26,451 nt of DNA. It comes from a virus. Lineage: Duplodnaviria; Caudoviricetes. How positions within the stretch are numbered: the stretch's first letter is position 1; each line of letters begins with the position of its first letter. Under the pieces are notes generated by a model, which was not told where the DNA came from, did no database searches, and saw nothing but the letters and a program-made list of their open reading frames with translations. This document shows, one piece after another, positions 1 to 8,536 of the stretch. The position numbers and the translations under genes are program-made. Location: positions 1-26,451 of the IMG/VR virus record IMGVR_UViG_3300038330_000008. One strand, given 5' to 3'.

Positions 1-108
1 CCCATGCCCCCCTACTGGGCGAGCGCCATCCAGATCCTGGCTCTCTTGGTGATCATCTTCTTCCTGCTGACGAGGTTCGTGCAGCTTCCGAATGTGTTAC
101 CCCGATGA
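1..108 (+). CDS. Small membrane protein, probably 5'-truncated by the window edge (holin-like position)
   Basis: Frame 1 reads PMPPYWASAIQILALLVIIFFLLTRFVQLPNVLPR*, one strong hydrophobic helix; TGA at 106-108. Not in the ORF track. Confidence 0.65.
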   Translation, partial: PMPPYWASAIQILALLVIIFFLLTRFVQLPNVLPR

Positions 109-158
109 CCAAGAAACCATCAATCATCCAGCGCCCTCTGTGGTACGGCAGAGGTTAG
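105..158 (+). CDS. 17-aa mini-ORF MTKKPSIIQRPLWYGRG duplicating the N-terminus of the next gene
   Basis: ATG overlaps the upstream stop (ATGA); first 10 codons match the gene at 166. Confidence 0.4.
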   Translation: MTKKPSIIQRPLWYGRG

Positions 159-196
159 TAACGCCATGACCAAGAAACCCTCGATCACTCAGCGCC
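105..196 (+). repeat. Imperfect 31-nt direct repeat (105-135 and 166-196)
   Basis: ATGACCAAGAAACCATCAATCATCCAGCGCC vs ATGACCAAGAAACCCTCGATCACTCAGCGCC, 27/31 identical. Confidence 0.9.
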
Positions 197-708
197 TCAA
201 GGCCGTGAAGGAACGTATCCGGGAGGCAGGCGGGGAAGCCTATGGCTCTCCCGAGGATCTCCCCCCAGAGGAGGAGCGTAAGCCCTACACCCGCCTGGAC
301 CCCCTGGAACGCGCCATGATCGTCCACGCCAAGCGCAAGCACCCGTCGCTCACCCACAAGCAACTGGCCGACGATTTTGGGTGCGACGAGCGGGCCATCC
401 AGCGCCTCCTCAAGAAGTACCGCCACATGCCACCCGTCAAGGAACTCCTCCACGGCATTGCCCATGAAGCCGTGGTGGACATGAAACGCGCCTCGACCGT
501 TGCTGCCGAGAGGGGCGATCCCAACCCGGCCGAGAAGATCCTGATCCACGCAGGCGAGATCCAGCCCATCATCGAACGCGAAGGCCGCGCCTACGGCCCT
601 CAGATCGTGGTCGGCATCCTTCCAGGAATGCCCGTTCCAGCCCTCCCAGCCAAGCAGGAAGCTCCATTGGTCATTGAGGCGATGGGGGTTGGGTCGCCAG
701 AGGAATGA
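166..708 (+). CDS. terS: Probable terminase small subunit (HTH DNA-binding protein)
   Basis: HTH-like segment HPSLTHKQLADDFGCDERAIQRLLKKY; 180 aa; directly upstream of TerL; GAGGT SD at 151-155. Confidence 0.65.
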   Translation: MTKKPSITQRLKAVKERIREAGGEAYGSPEDLPPEEERKPYTRLDPLERAMIVHAKRKHPSLTHKQLADDFGCDERAIQRLLKKYRHMPPVKELLHGIAHEAVVDMKRASTVAAERGDPNPAEKILIHAGEIQPIIEREGRAYGPQIVVGILPGMPVPALPAKQEAPLVIEAMGVGSPEE

Positions 709-773
709 TGGCTGGAGCGGCTCGCAGTCGCTCCGCTCCTGCGAAGGCAAAGGTTAGCGTGGTGGTGAGATGA
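705..773 (+). CDS. 22-aa bridging mini-ORF MMAGAARSRSAPAKAKVSVVVR
   Basis: Start overlaps the terS stop (ATGA at 705-708) and stop overlaps the terL start (ATGA at 770-773). Confidence 0.4.
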   Translation: MMAGAARSRSAPAKAKVSVVVR

Positions 774-2311
774 TCCCAGGCGCGGCGGAGTTCTCGACCG
801 AATCTCAGCCACTGGTGCATGAACATGCCCGCTGCTGCTGGTGCAAGGCTCCCTTCGTCCGCACGGGTCCCTACTGGGTCTGCTCCACACCGGCCTGCTA
901 CGCCCGACAGCAAGCCTACGGCCTCGGGCTGAGGACTAAGGAGGGAACCAGGTGGCTCTATCTCCCCCTCCCCCGGCAGGTCGATTTCCACGTCTCACCT
1001 GCGCCAAACACACTATTCGGAGGGGCTGCGGGTCCCGGTAAGTCGCACGCGCTGAGGTACGACGCCTACATGAGGTGCCTGACCTATCCGGGCTACTCCG
1101 CGCTCCTGCTCCGTAGAACCTTCCCGGAGCTGAAGAAAACCCACATGAGGGCGGCAGAGCGCGAACAGGACCTCATCTCCGCCCGCTTTGGAGCCACTGA
1201 GCGGGTGATGCGCTTCTCCAACGGGAGCTACCTGGAGTTCGGCCACTGTGAGACCTCCCAGGACGTGTCCAAGTACCTCTCCACCGAGTACTGCTGGATC
1301 GGCTTCGATGAGATCACGACCTTCGCCTGGGACGATGTGCTCGAACTCATGAGCCGCGCCAGAACCTCTGATGCGAGCCTGACGGCTATGGTCCGTGCCG
1401 CCACCAACCCCGGCGGCATCTCCGGTCTCCAGATCCGGGACTTCTTCATCGACGGCAACGCCAACCCGGAGGATTACCCCGAGTACGACCCTGCCGAATG
1501 GAGCTACGTGCCCGCGATCTGGACCGATAACCCCTACCTGGACCCGAAGTACGTGAAGCGCCTCAAGGCCCTCCCCAAGATCCGGGTCAAGCAGCTTCTC
1601 GAAGCCGACTGGTACTGCTTCGAGGGCCAGTTCTTCGCTACCTGGGATGAAACCTACAACATCCGGGATCTGGGGGCCGTCTCCGAGGACGTGGAATGGT
1701 TCCGCTCGCTCGACTGGGGCTATAACAGCCCAGGGGTGTGTCTGTGGTGGGCCTGCCTCCCGGATGGGCATTACTACATTGCCCATGAGTACAAGTTCCA
1801 GTACACCCCTATCCCAGAGGTCGCAGACCGCATCATCCAGCACACGAAGGACTTGGGCATCTCCAATATCCGGTACACGGCAGCAGATCCGGCCACGCGC
1901 CAGAACTCCGGCCAGATGGGGGAGTCCATCCTGGAAACCTTCGGCTACCACGGGGTCCCCCTGATGAGTGTCAGTAACGAGCGCAGAAACGGCTGGCAGC
2001 GCCTCCACACCCTGTTCCAGCCCGCTCCAGACACCATGCCGTGGCTCATCGTGTCCCCGGCCTGCCGCTATCTCATCAGGACGATCCCCGCCGCCATCCA
2101 GGACGTGAATGATCCTGATGATCTCGATACCGATGGGGACGATCACGGCCTCGACGCCATGCGCTACGGAGCCATGTCCCGCCCAGCCCCGACGACCCTT
2201 GTGGATCGCACCCTCCCCGGCCCCGGTACGGCTGGGTACTTGTTTCGTGAAGCCCGTAGACCTAAGATTGCGGTGCTTGGGTCCAGGAATGTACGCCTAG
2301 GAGTTCGATAA
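770..2311 (+). CDS. terL: Terminase large subunit
   Basis: Q motif (PLPRQ), Walker A LFGGAAGPGKS, Walker B WIGFDE, motif III ATNPGG, RNase H-like nuclease motifs SLDWG, AADP and DDHGLDAMRY. Confidence 0.97.
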   Translation: MIPGAAEFSTESQPLVHEHARCCWCKAPFVRTGPYWVCSTPACYARQQAYGLGLRTKEGTRWLYLPLPRQVDFHVSPAPNTLFGGAAGPGKSHALRYDAYMRCLTYPGYSALLLRRTFPELKKTHMRAAEREQDLISARFGATERVMRFSNGSYLEFGHCETSQDVSKYLSTEYCWIGFDEITTFAWDDVLELMSRARTSDASLTAMVRAATNPGGISGLQIRDFFIDGNANPEDYPEYDPAEWSYVPAIWTDNPYLDPKYVKRLKALPKIRVKQLLEADWYCFEGQFFATWDETYNIRDLGAVSEDVEWFRSLDWGYNSPGVCLWWACLPDGHYYIAHEYKFQYTPIPEVADRIIQHTKDLGISNIRYTAADPATRQNSGQMGESILETFGYHGVPLMSVSNERRNGWQRLHTLFQPAPDTMPWLIVSPACRYLIRTIPAAIQDVNDPDDLDTDGDDHGLDAMRYGAMSRPAPTTLVDRTLPGPGTAGYLFREARRPKIAVLGSRNVRLGVR

Positions 2312-4363
2312 ATGCCTGACTCACTCCCGTACGATACCGGAGGGGCGCAACCGATCCCGCTCCCCACGAATGACAAGCACCCGAACTCTCTCGGCCAGTG
2401 GCGTACCAGGATCGAAGCCTCCGAGGACATCCTCAAGCAGAAAATGGCTGAGTGGAAGGCGAACATGGATGCCTACCACGGGAAAACGCTCCTCCGCATC
2501 CCGGAGCAGCACACGGTCGTCGTGCCCAAGGATTTCTCCTTCACCGAGCAGAAGAAATCCCAGCTATTCTTCCAGACCCCGGAGATCCAACTCACCGCCC
2601 TCCAGAAGCACCTGGAGGCATCGGTCCTGGTGTTTCAGGCCCGTGTGAACCACGAGCTAGGCCCAGCCGGAGTGGATGTCATGAGCCTGATGGAGGAGGT
2701 CATGTTCGATGTCCTCTGCCCGTCAGGTGTGGGCGTGAGCAAGATCGGCTACGAGACGGTTGTGGACGGCTACCGCCAGATCAGCGCAGACGGTACCCAG
2801 TCCCAGGACCCGATGAACCCCTCCCCGATGGAGCAGGTCCCCAACGTGGTCTTCGAGCAGTACTTCTGGCGCAGGATCGCTCCCGGCAAGCTCCGCTTCC
2901 CCGACACCTTCCGGGGTAGCGACTTCGATGATGCCGACTGGCTGGGGTTTGAGTTCGAGATGGATGCCCTGACCGCCCGCAAGATGTACAACCTGGAGAA
3001 GGTCCCCTCCCAGGGATCGGCAGCCCAGGATGAGTTCTCGCTCTCCCTAGACAAGCCGAGTGTGCTCCATGACGCGAAGAAAGCCAAAGGCTGGGAAATC
3101 TGGTACAAAGCCTCCCGGTTCGATGATCAGGAGAAGCACCCGAACAAACTTCGGCTCCTGGTGCTCCTTGACGGGGTTGATGTTCCGGTACGCCATGAAG
3201 ATTCTCCGTACCAGAGGGTCGGCCCGGATGGGCGGCTGGGCGGGATGGAAGGGTTCCCGATCCACGTACTCACGCTGAGGTTCTCGGATTCCGCCCTCCC
3301 GCCCTCAGACTGCACCCAGTCGCGGGCGCAGGTCGATGAACTCTCGATAGGCCGCTCCCAGATGATCCTCCAGCGCGACAGAAGCATCCCGCTCAGGGTC
3401 GGGGATATTAACCGGCTGGGTGGGCAGGATGGCCTCGACAAGCTGAGGGCGAATATCTGGCAGTCCATCATCCCGGTCTCCGGGCTGGACTCGGGCAACC
3501 CGCCCATCGTGGAGATCGCCAGGGCTGTCTTTCCCCCGGAGAACTTCCGCTTCAACGAGCAGATCGAGAAGGACATCGGGGAAATCTGGGCGATGGGCGC
3601 GAACCAACTCGGGATGCCGGAGCAAACCGTGAGGAGCGCCACCGAGAGCAGCATCATTCAGCAGAACTCAGTCACCCGCCTCCAACGTGAGCGCAACCGT
3701 GTATTCCACTGGTTCACGAATGGCGTGGCGAAACTGGCAAGCCTCATCCAGATGTACGACGATCAGACCGATTACGTCCGTGTGGTGGGTCCAGACGGCA
3801 TCGCGCAACTGCAACCCTGGGACCAGCAGGCCATCCAGGGCAAGTTCGCCTACGCCATCAAGCCCGACTCCGGTATCCCGGTCGATGCGAACCAGGAGCG
3901 CCAGAACGCGATCAACACCTATCAGATGATGATCAACGACCCGGCCATCAACCGGATCGAACTCATCTCGGCCACCTTGAGGAAGCTCAACCTTGATCCT
4001 CAGCGAATGCTCCTTCAGGAGCAGCCAGAGAAGGGTCCTGAGCCGCCGAATATCTCATACCGCTTCTCCGGTGAGGATCTGGACCCGAACTTCCCCAGAT
4101 TCCCTATAGTTATGGAAATATTGAGGTTAGGCGGCATCAACATCTCTCCAGAGGCCATCAAAGCCGCTCAGGATCATGCCCGGAAAGCCTCGCTCGCCAT
4201 GAATCAGACTGTGGGGGTGAGTGCAGAGGATACCGGGCAGGGTACGCCCCCGCCTGAAACAGAGCATGGTGGTCTTGCTGAACAACAGCGTCCTCTCGAA
4301 GCCCATTCAGAGCGGCGTACCGGCGAAATGCCCGGACCTCCGGTAGGGGGAACCATTCAATGA
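2312..4363 (+). CDS. Portal protein
   Basis: 683 aa directly after TerL; GVGVSKIGY and [11 protein letters not shown] (SATE/TATE-type) motifs typical of podovirus/P22-like portals; low-complexity C-terminal tail. Confidence 0.88.
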   Translation: MPDSLPYDTGGAQPIPLPTNDKHPNSLGQWRTRIEASEDILKQKMAEWKANMDAYHGKTLLRIPEQHTVVVPKDFSFTEQKKSQLFFQTPEIQLTALQKHLEASVLVFQARVNHELGPAGVDVMSLMEEVMFDVLCPSGVGVSKIGYETVVDGYRQISADGTQSQDPMNPSPMEQVPNVVFEQYFWRRIAPGKLRFPDTFRGSDFDDADWLGFEFEMDALTARKMYNLEKVPSQGSAAQDEFSLSLDKPSVLHDAKKAKGWEIWYKASRFDDQEKHPNKLRLLVLLDGVDVPVRHEDSPYQRVGPDGRLGGMEGFPIHVLTLRFSDSALPPSDCTQSRAQVDELSIGRSQMILQRDRSIPLRVGDINRLGGQDGLDKLRANIWQSIIPVSGLDSGNPPIVEIARAVFPPENFRFNEQIEKDIGEIWAMGANQLGMPEQTVRSATESSIIQQNSVTRLQRERNRVFHWFTNGVAKLASLIQMYDDQTDYVRVVGPDGIAQLQPWDQQAIQGKFAYAIKPDSGIPVDANQERQNAINTYQMMINDPAINRIELISATLRKLNLDPQRMLLQEQPEKGPEPPNISYRFSGEDLDPNFPRFPIVMEILRLGGINISPEAIKAAQDHARKASLAMNQTVGVSAEDTGQGTPPPETEHGGLAEQQRPLEAHSERRTGEMPGPPVGGTIQ

Positions 4364-4866
4364 GGTATGTGGCTCGTCACGGGCACACGGCTGGGGGCCA
4401 ACGCACGCAGTTGCACCGGGCGTGGAGCAATATGTGGACCCGCTGTACGAATCCACGCACCGGCAAATATGCTCGGTACGGTGGGCGCGGCATCAACGTT
4501 TGCGACCGCTGGCGCACCTTTGAGCACTTCGCGGAGGATATGGGTGAGCCACCTCCCGGTCTCACGCTGGATCGCATCGACAATGACGGTCCCTACAGCC
4601 CCGAGAACTGCCACTGGGCCACCCCTCTCCAGCAGTCGGAGAATTCCCGGCGCATCACACGGCGGGTGAATGGGCAATCGGCCTCGGAAGTGGCACGGCA
4701 GCTTGGGCTGAAGTCCGCAACGCTACGTATGCACCTGCGGAAGGTGGAACCGGGAAACTGGCTGCTAGTGGGGCAGCCCCCCGGTCGCCATCTCAAGATC
4801 CTCGGGCGCTCGTGGTATCTGCTCCCAGATATGCCATCCGTGAAGGAGATCCGGTGGACCCTCTGA
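4360..4866 (+). CDS. Free-standing HNH-type homing endonuclease with C-terminal HTH
   Basis: WSNMWTRC...[18 protein letters not shown]...[23 protein letters not shown], a common phage HNH-like family signature; ATGA-coupled to the portal gene. Confidence 0.9.
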   Translation: MRYVARHGHTAGGQRTQLHRAWSNMWTRCTNPRTGKYARYGGRGINVCDRWRTFEHFAEDMGEPPPGLTLDRIDNDGPYSPENCHWATPLQQSENSRRITRRVNGQSASEVARQLGLKSATLRMHLRKVEPGNWLLVGQPPGRHLKILGRSWYLLPDMPSVKEIRWTL

Positions 4867-5138
4867 GCGAGGACCGCTGCCCGGACTGCGGGTTCCTGTT
4901 CCCCGCGCCGGGGCTGTTCTGGTATCGGTGCCCCCATCCTCCGCTCGGCACCTTCAACGTCCAGCGGGACGAGATTCCGGGTGGGCAGGTGATCGAGAAC
5001 CTCAGCCCGACGCCACAGCGGTTCTACTCCAAGAGCGCCATCAAGCGGGCGGCGGAGGCCAAGGGACTCGTGCAGGTGGTACGGCACGCCCCGGAGCGGG
5101 GCACGGACAAGAGCAAGCACACGCAGCGGTGGATATGA
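4854..5138 (+). CDS. Small Zn-ribbon-like protein of the type often found after portal genes
   Basis: AAGGAG SD before GTG at 4854; CPDCG and CPH motifs; [16 protein letters not shown] helix. Confidence 0.7.
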   Translation: MDPLSEDRCPDCGFLFPAPGLFWYRCPHPPLGTFNVQRDEIPGGQVIENLSPTPQRFYSKSAIKRAAEAKGLVQVVRHAPERGTDKSKHTQRWI

Positions 5139-5233
5139 TTACCGACCCCTACCTGCGCTGGTGTGTGGCCTTTGCGCTGGTCTGGGCGGGTATGCTCGCC
5201 GGTGTGGGCGTGGCATGGCTGGTGGGCTGGTGA
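5135..5233 (+). CDS. 32-aa single-pass membrane peptide
   Basis: [32 protein letters not shown]; ATGA overlap with the upstream stop. Confidence 0.6.
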   Translation: MITDPYLRWCVAFALVWAGMLAGVGVAWLVGW

Positions 5234-5277
5234 AGGTGGTAAACTCTCGCCTCACCCGTTTCTGATTGGAGTTCTGC

Positions 5278-5697
5278 ATGAGCCGTCTGTGTGTCATCAC
5301 GATCCTTGGCCCCGGTGGGGGCGACATCGACAACACCCTCCCCGGCGCACCCGCCTACCCCGGCAACGCGCTCCCCGGCTACGGTGGTCGCCCAGTGGAC
5401 CCCGGCTACGGGCAGGGGGGCATCAATTACCCCTCACAGGGCCTTCCCGGTGGCGGCCATATCAGCCTCCTCCCGGTGTTCCCGTTCGATCCGACGATTC
5501 CCAGCAACGAGTTGCCCGGTGAGCAGCCCGAAGCCGGGAACGAGCTTCCCATCCGTCCGGGTGCCCGCTTCATCGTGAAGTGGCTCTGCGGCTCCGGGTT
5601 GATTCTGGTGCCGGATCAGGATCTCCCGGCAGGCCGTCCCAATCGCCCGTCACAGGGCCTCCCGGAGACTCCGGCCACCAAGCCCGTGCCCAAGTAA
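5278..5697 (+). CDS. Pro/Gly-rich repeat protein, function unknown
   Basis: GGAG SD at 5268-5271; GC3-rich codons; seven xx(N/Q)xLP motifs. Confidence 0.75.
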   Translation: MSRLCVITILGPGGGDIDNTLPGAPAYPGNALPGYGGRPVDPGYGQGGINYPSQGLPGGGHISLLPVFPFDPTIPSNELPGEQPEAGNELPIRPGARFIVKWLCGSGLILVPDQDLPAGRPNRPSQGLPETPATKPVPK

Positions 5698-5698
5698 C

Positions 5699-5956
5699 AT
5701 GGACGGAGACGCGCTCATCATCGGGGCCGATGGCGAGGTCGCCACGGTCCCGACCGTCTCGCTCACGGACGAGGAAGCCCGCCTGCTCCGGGCGTACCGG
5801 CGCTTCCTTGAGTACCGCCACCTCCGGGAAGCTCTGTACTGTGATCGCTGTTTCGAGGGCAACCTCTCGGATGGGTGCGCGGCAGCCGTGACGGAGCACG
5901 AGATCGTGATAAAGTGCCGCTGTAAAGTGAGGACGTTTCTCGGCCCCACCTACTAG
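5699..5956 (+). CDS. Small Cys-rich (Zn-binding) hypothetical protein
   Basis: YCDRC...GC...KCRC; starts 1 nt after the upstream stop; typical codon bias. Confidence 0.75.
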   Translation: MDGDALIIGADGEVATVPTVSLTDEEARLLRAYRRFLEYRHLREALYCDRCFEGNLSDGCAAAVTEHEIVIKCRCKVRTFLGPTY

Positions 5957-5963
5957 GAGGGTT

Positions 5964-6407
5964 ATGAGGCAGTTCGCTCGCCGCTCGGCCCTGATCCTCC
6001 TGCTCAGCCTCAGCACCCTCGGGTGCGAGGACAAGATCATCATTCAGGCCCCGACCGCGCCTGATCCGCCCCCGACCCCTCAGCCCGACCGTATCGAGTT
6101 CCGAGTTTCCGGCTCCTTCCGCTCCGTCACCGTGCGCCACGTCACGGCGCAGGACGGCACCTCGCAGGTCAAGACGGATCTGCCGTACTTCAACTTCTTC
6201 ACCTCCACGCGGGATTTCCTGTTCCTCAGCCTCGAAGCGTGGGCGGCTGGCGAGGGGTTTCTGCAAGTCCAGATCTGGGCGAATGGCTACCTGCTTCAGG
6301 AGGCCAGCATCAGCGAGGAGAACCCGCGTATTTCCATCGCCACCACGTTCCGCCGTGCCGTGGTGACGCCCACGACAGGAGTAACCAGTGCCCAAGCAGC
6401 CCAGTGA
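5964..6407 (+). CDS. Lipoprotein with MmpS-like beta-sandwich domain
   Basis: Strong AGGAGG SD; basic N-terminus, hydrophobic core and lipobox STLG-C; Pro linker; FRVSG...LPY...VQIWANG pattern resembles MmpS-family domains. Confidence 0.75.
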   Translation: MRQFARRSALILLLSLSTLGCEDKIIIQAPTAPDPPPTPQPDRIEFRVSGSFRSVTVRHVTAQDGTSQVKTDLPYFNFFTSTRDFLFLSLEAWAAGEGFLQVQIWANGYLLQEASISEENPRISIATTFRRAVVTPTTGVTSAQAAQ

Positions 6408-6537
6408 CCGCAAGGATGCTCCATCGCCCGCCAAGGCGAAGGAAATCCTCTCCCACGGTACCGTCCAGGGCCACAAACTGACGCCCAAGGCCCGCAAGTT
6501 CTTCGGGGCTGTTGCCTCCAAGGGGAAAAAGTCCTAG
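6388..6537 (+). CDS. 49-aa basic hypothetical protein (missed by the ORF track)
   Basis: AGGAG SD then GTG at 6388: MPKQPSDRKDAPSPAKAKEILSHGTVQGHKLTPKARKFFGAVASKGKKS*; fills the gap before the scaffold gene. Confidence 0.7.
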   Translation: MPKQPSDRKDAPSPAKAKEILSHGTVQGHKLTPKARKFFGAVASKGKKS

Positions 6538-6581
6538 ACTCTCCGGCTAACGATTGACCCACGATACGGGTTATCCCGACT

Positions 6582-7475
6582 ATGCCCGACGATCTGTTCA
6601 GTTCAGACGACATCCAGACCGCTTCCGAGGCTCCCGCAGCCCCGGCTGAGGACTCCGGCCCGTCCCCGGAGGTTCAGGAAGGCTCTCTCGAAACCGCCGC
6701 ACCGACCGCACCTGCCGCGACAGCGCAGGCGGGGGTGACGCCTTCCACACAACCGGCTCCCAAACCCCAGGGTCCCATCCCGTTCGACCGGCACAAGGCC
6801 GTTCTGGACAATGCCCGCAAGGAGTACGAACAGAAGTACGCCTGGGCACAAGGCATCAATCCAGAACAGGGCTATCAGCTTGCGGGACTTGCCCGCGCTC
6901 TAGCCCAAGATCCCGTCGCTACCTACCGCGCCATCGGTGCTCAACTGGAAGCTGCCGGCCTCCTCCAGGGGGCCAACGGCCAGCAACCTCCCCCTCCCGG
7001 CTCGGATAAGCCTCAGCCCGACCTCATCACCGAGGATGGGCGCAGAGTCTATTCCGCGCAGCAGGCGGAGGCGCTCAATGACTGGGGCATGAAGCAGATG
7101 GAGCAGCGCATTGCTCAACGCTTCGGCCCTATCGAGCAGCAGTTCCAGATGAGTCAGGTCATGGCGGAAGCGAACAGCACGGCCTCTCAGGTCTTGCAGG
7201 AAGCCTCCCAGTGGCCGCATTTCAACGAGTGTGCCGTAGAAATCCGTGATGAGATGATCCGCGACAAGCGGTTGAGCCTCGAAGGGGCGTACCGCCGGGT
7301 CGTGGTCCCCAAGCTGCGTCAACTGGAGCGGGCCTCGGTGCTCAAGGAGCTAAAGCAGAAACCCTCAGCCACCACCATGAATCCCGGTCGTCGCCCCACA
7401 ACCGCTGAATCACCTGCGGATACTCCCTGGGAGGACCTGCTGGCGCGGACCTGGGACACGATGGTGGGCACATGA
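6582..7475 (+). CDS. Probable capsid scaffolding protein
   Basis: Directly before the major capsid gene; acidic Pro/Ala-rich N-terminus, GPIPFDRH motif, Gln/Ala-rich helices. Confidence 0.8.
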   Translation: MPDDLFSSDDIQTASEAPAAPAEDSGPSPEVQEGSLETAAPTAPAATAQAGVTPSTQPAPKPQGPIPFDRHKAVLDNARKEYEQKYAWAQGINPEQGYQLAGLARALAQDPVATYRAIGAQLEAAGLLQGANGQQPPPPGSDKPQPDLITEDGRRVYSAQQAEALNDWGMKQMEQRIAQRFGPIEQQFQMSQVMAEANSTASQVLQEASQWPHFNECAVEIRDEMIRDKRLSLEGAYRRVVVPKLRQLERASVLKELKQKPSATTMNPGRRPTTAESPADTPWEDLLARTWDTMVGT

Positions 7476-7487
7476 TAGGACGATGCC

Positions 7488-8459
7488 ATGCCCGATCCAC
7501 AACTAGGCCAGGTAGCCGCCTCCGTCTGGGAACAGAAGCTCGGGGACAAGCCCACCGATAACTTCTTCAACTCCCGCGCTTTCTTCTTCAGCCTCGGCAA
7601 AAAGGGCATGAGGGAAGAAGCTGACGGTGGCCGCCTCATCGAGTACTCGCTCGAATACACCGAGAACACCACCTTCCGTGCCTACACGGAACTGGAACTC
7701 CTCGACACCACCCGGATTGACGTGTTCGATGCGGCCCGCTACGAGTGGCGCATCAACGCCGGGACCGTTGTGTACTCAGAACTGGAACGCCTGAGAGCAG
7801 CGGCAGGCTCCCGCAAGTTCAACGTCATTGCCGAGAAGCTCGAAAACGGCAAGGACAGCCACATCAACCAGATGAATATCCAGTGTCTGGGCACCTCCAC
7901 GGGTGGCCCCGGCATTGACGGGCTGCAATCGATCATCGCGGACAACCCCGCCGTGGGCATTGTCGGCGGCATCGACCCGGCAACCTGGGCCTTCTGGCGC
8001 AACAAGACCGCTGCGGGCACCATGACCGCCGTGGCCTTCGATAACCTCATCGCGGCCATGCGTTCGGTGTACAACCAGTGCAGTAGCGGGGGCGTGGACG
8101 AACTCCCGACCGCGTGCCTCACGACCAGAGCCGTTCTGGAGGGGTACGAGTCGAAGCTCACGGTCAATGAGCGGTTCTACACCTCCGACCTCAAGACGAA
8201 GGGTGACGCCGGGTTCGCCAACGACGCCCTGATGTTCAAGGCCGTACCCATCTTCTACGATGAGGCGGCTCCGGCTGGGAAGGCGTACTTCTACAACAAC
8301 CGGAACCTCAAGCTCGCCTACCTCAAGGGCGGCTGGATGAAGATGTACCCGGAGGTGGACCCAGCGAACCAACTCGCCAACGTCCACAAGGTAGCGACCT
8401 TCGCCAACCTCATCACGAATAACCGCAGACGGTTGGGCGTGGTACACACTATCACCTAG
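7488..8459 (+). CDS. Major capsid protein (HK97 fold)
   Basis: 323 aa; strongest codon bias in the window; GGRLIEYSL, IDGLQSII, VGGID...WRN, GFANDALMFK and NLITNNRR motifs of a widespread podophage capsid family; followed by a terminator. Confidence 0.92.
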   Translation: MPDPQLGQVAASVWEQKLGDKPTDNFFNSRAFFFSLGKKGMREEADGGRLIEYSLEYTENTTFRAYTELELLDTTRIDVFDAARYEWRINAGTVVYSELERLRAAAGSRKFNVIAEKLENGKDSHINQMNIQCLGTSTGGPGIDGLQSIIADNPAVGIVGGIDPATWAFWRNKTAAGTMTAVAFDNLIAAMRSVYNQCSSGGVDELPTACLTTRAVLEGYESKLTVNERFYTSDLKTKGDAGFANDALMFKAVPIFYDEAAPAGKAYFYNNRNLKLAYLKGGWMKMYPEVDPANQLANVHKVATFANLITNNRRRLGVVHTIT

Positions 8460-8483
8460 AGATTTCTCAGCGTCTCCAGGTGT

Positions 8484-8522
8484 ACCGAGGGGGAAGGGCT
8501 GGGATCTTCCCCCTCGGTTTTT
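8484..8522 (+). terminator. Intrinsic terminator after the capsid gene
   Basis: Perfect 13-bp stem ACCGAGGGGGAAG/CTTCCCCCTCGGT, 9-nt loop, followed by TTTT. Confidence 0.8.
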
Positions 8523-8536
8523 CTCCAGAGGAAGTC

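Noticed and set aside
105-196. Mini-CRISPR arrays (repeat-spacer-repeat with ~60-nt period at three sites)
   Set aside because: The repeats differ between sites, are protein-coding termini with synonymous divergence and are not palindromic; no cas genes.
4854-4864. GTGGACCCTCT shared with the minus strand at 24062-24052
   Set aside because: A single 11-mer match in 26 kb of GC-rich DNA is within chance, and the two contexts are read in different frames.
6555-6581. Sigma70 promoter starting at TTGACC before the scaffold gene
   Set aside because: No -10 hexamer at 16-18 nt spacing.
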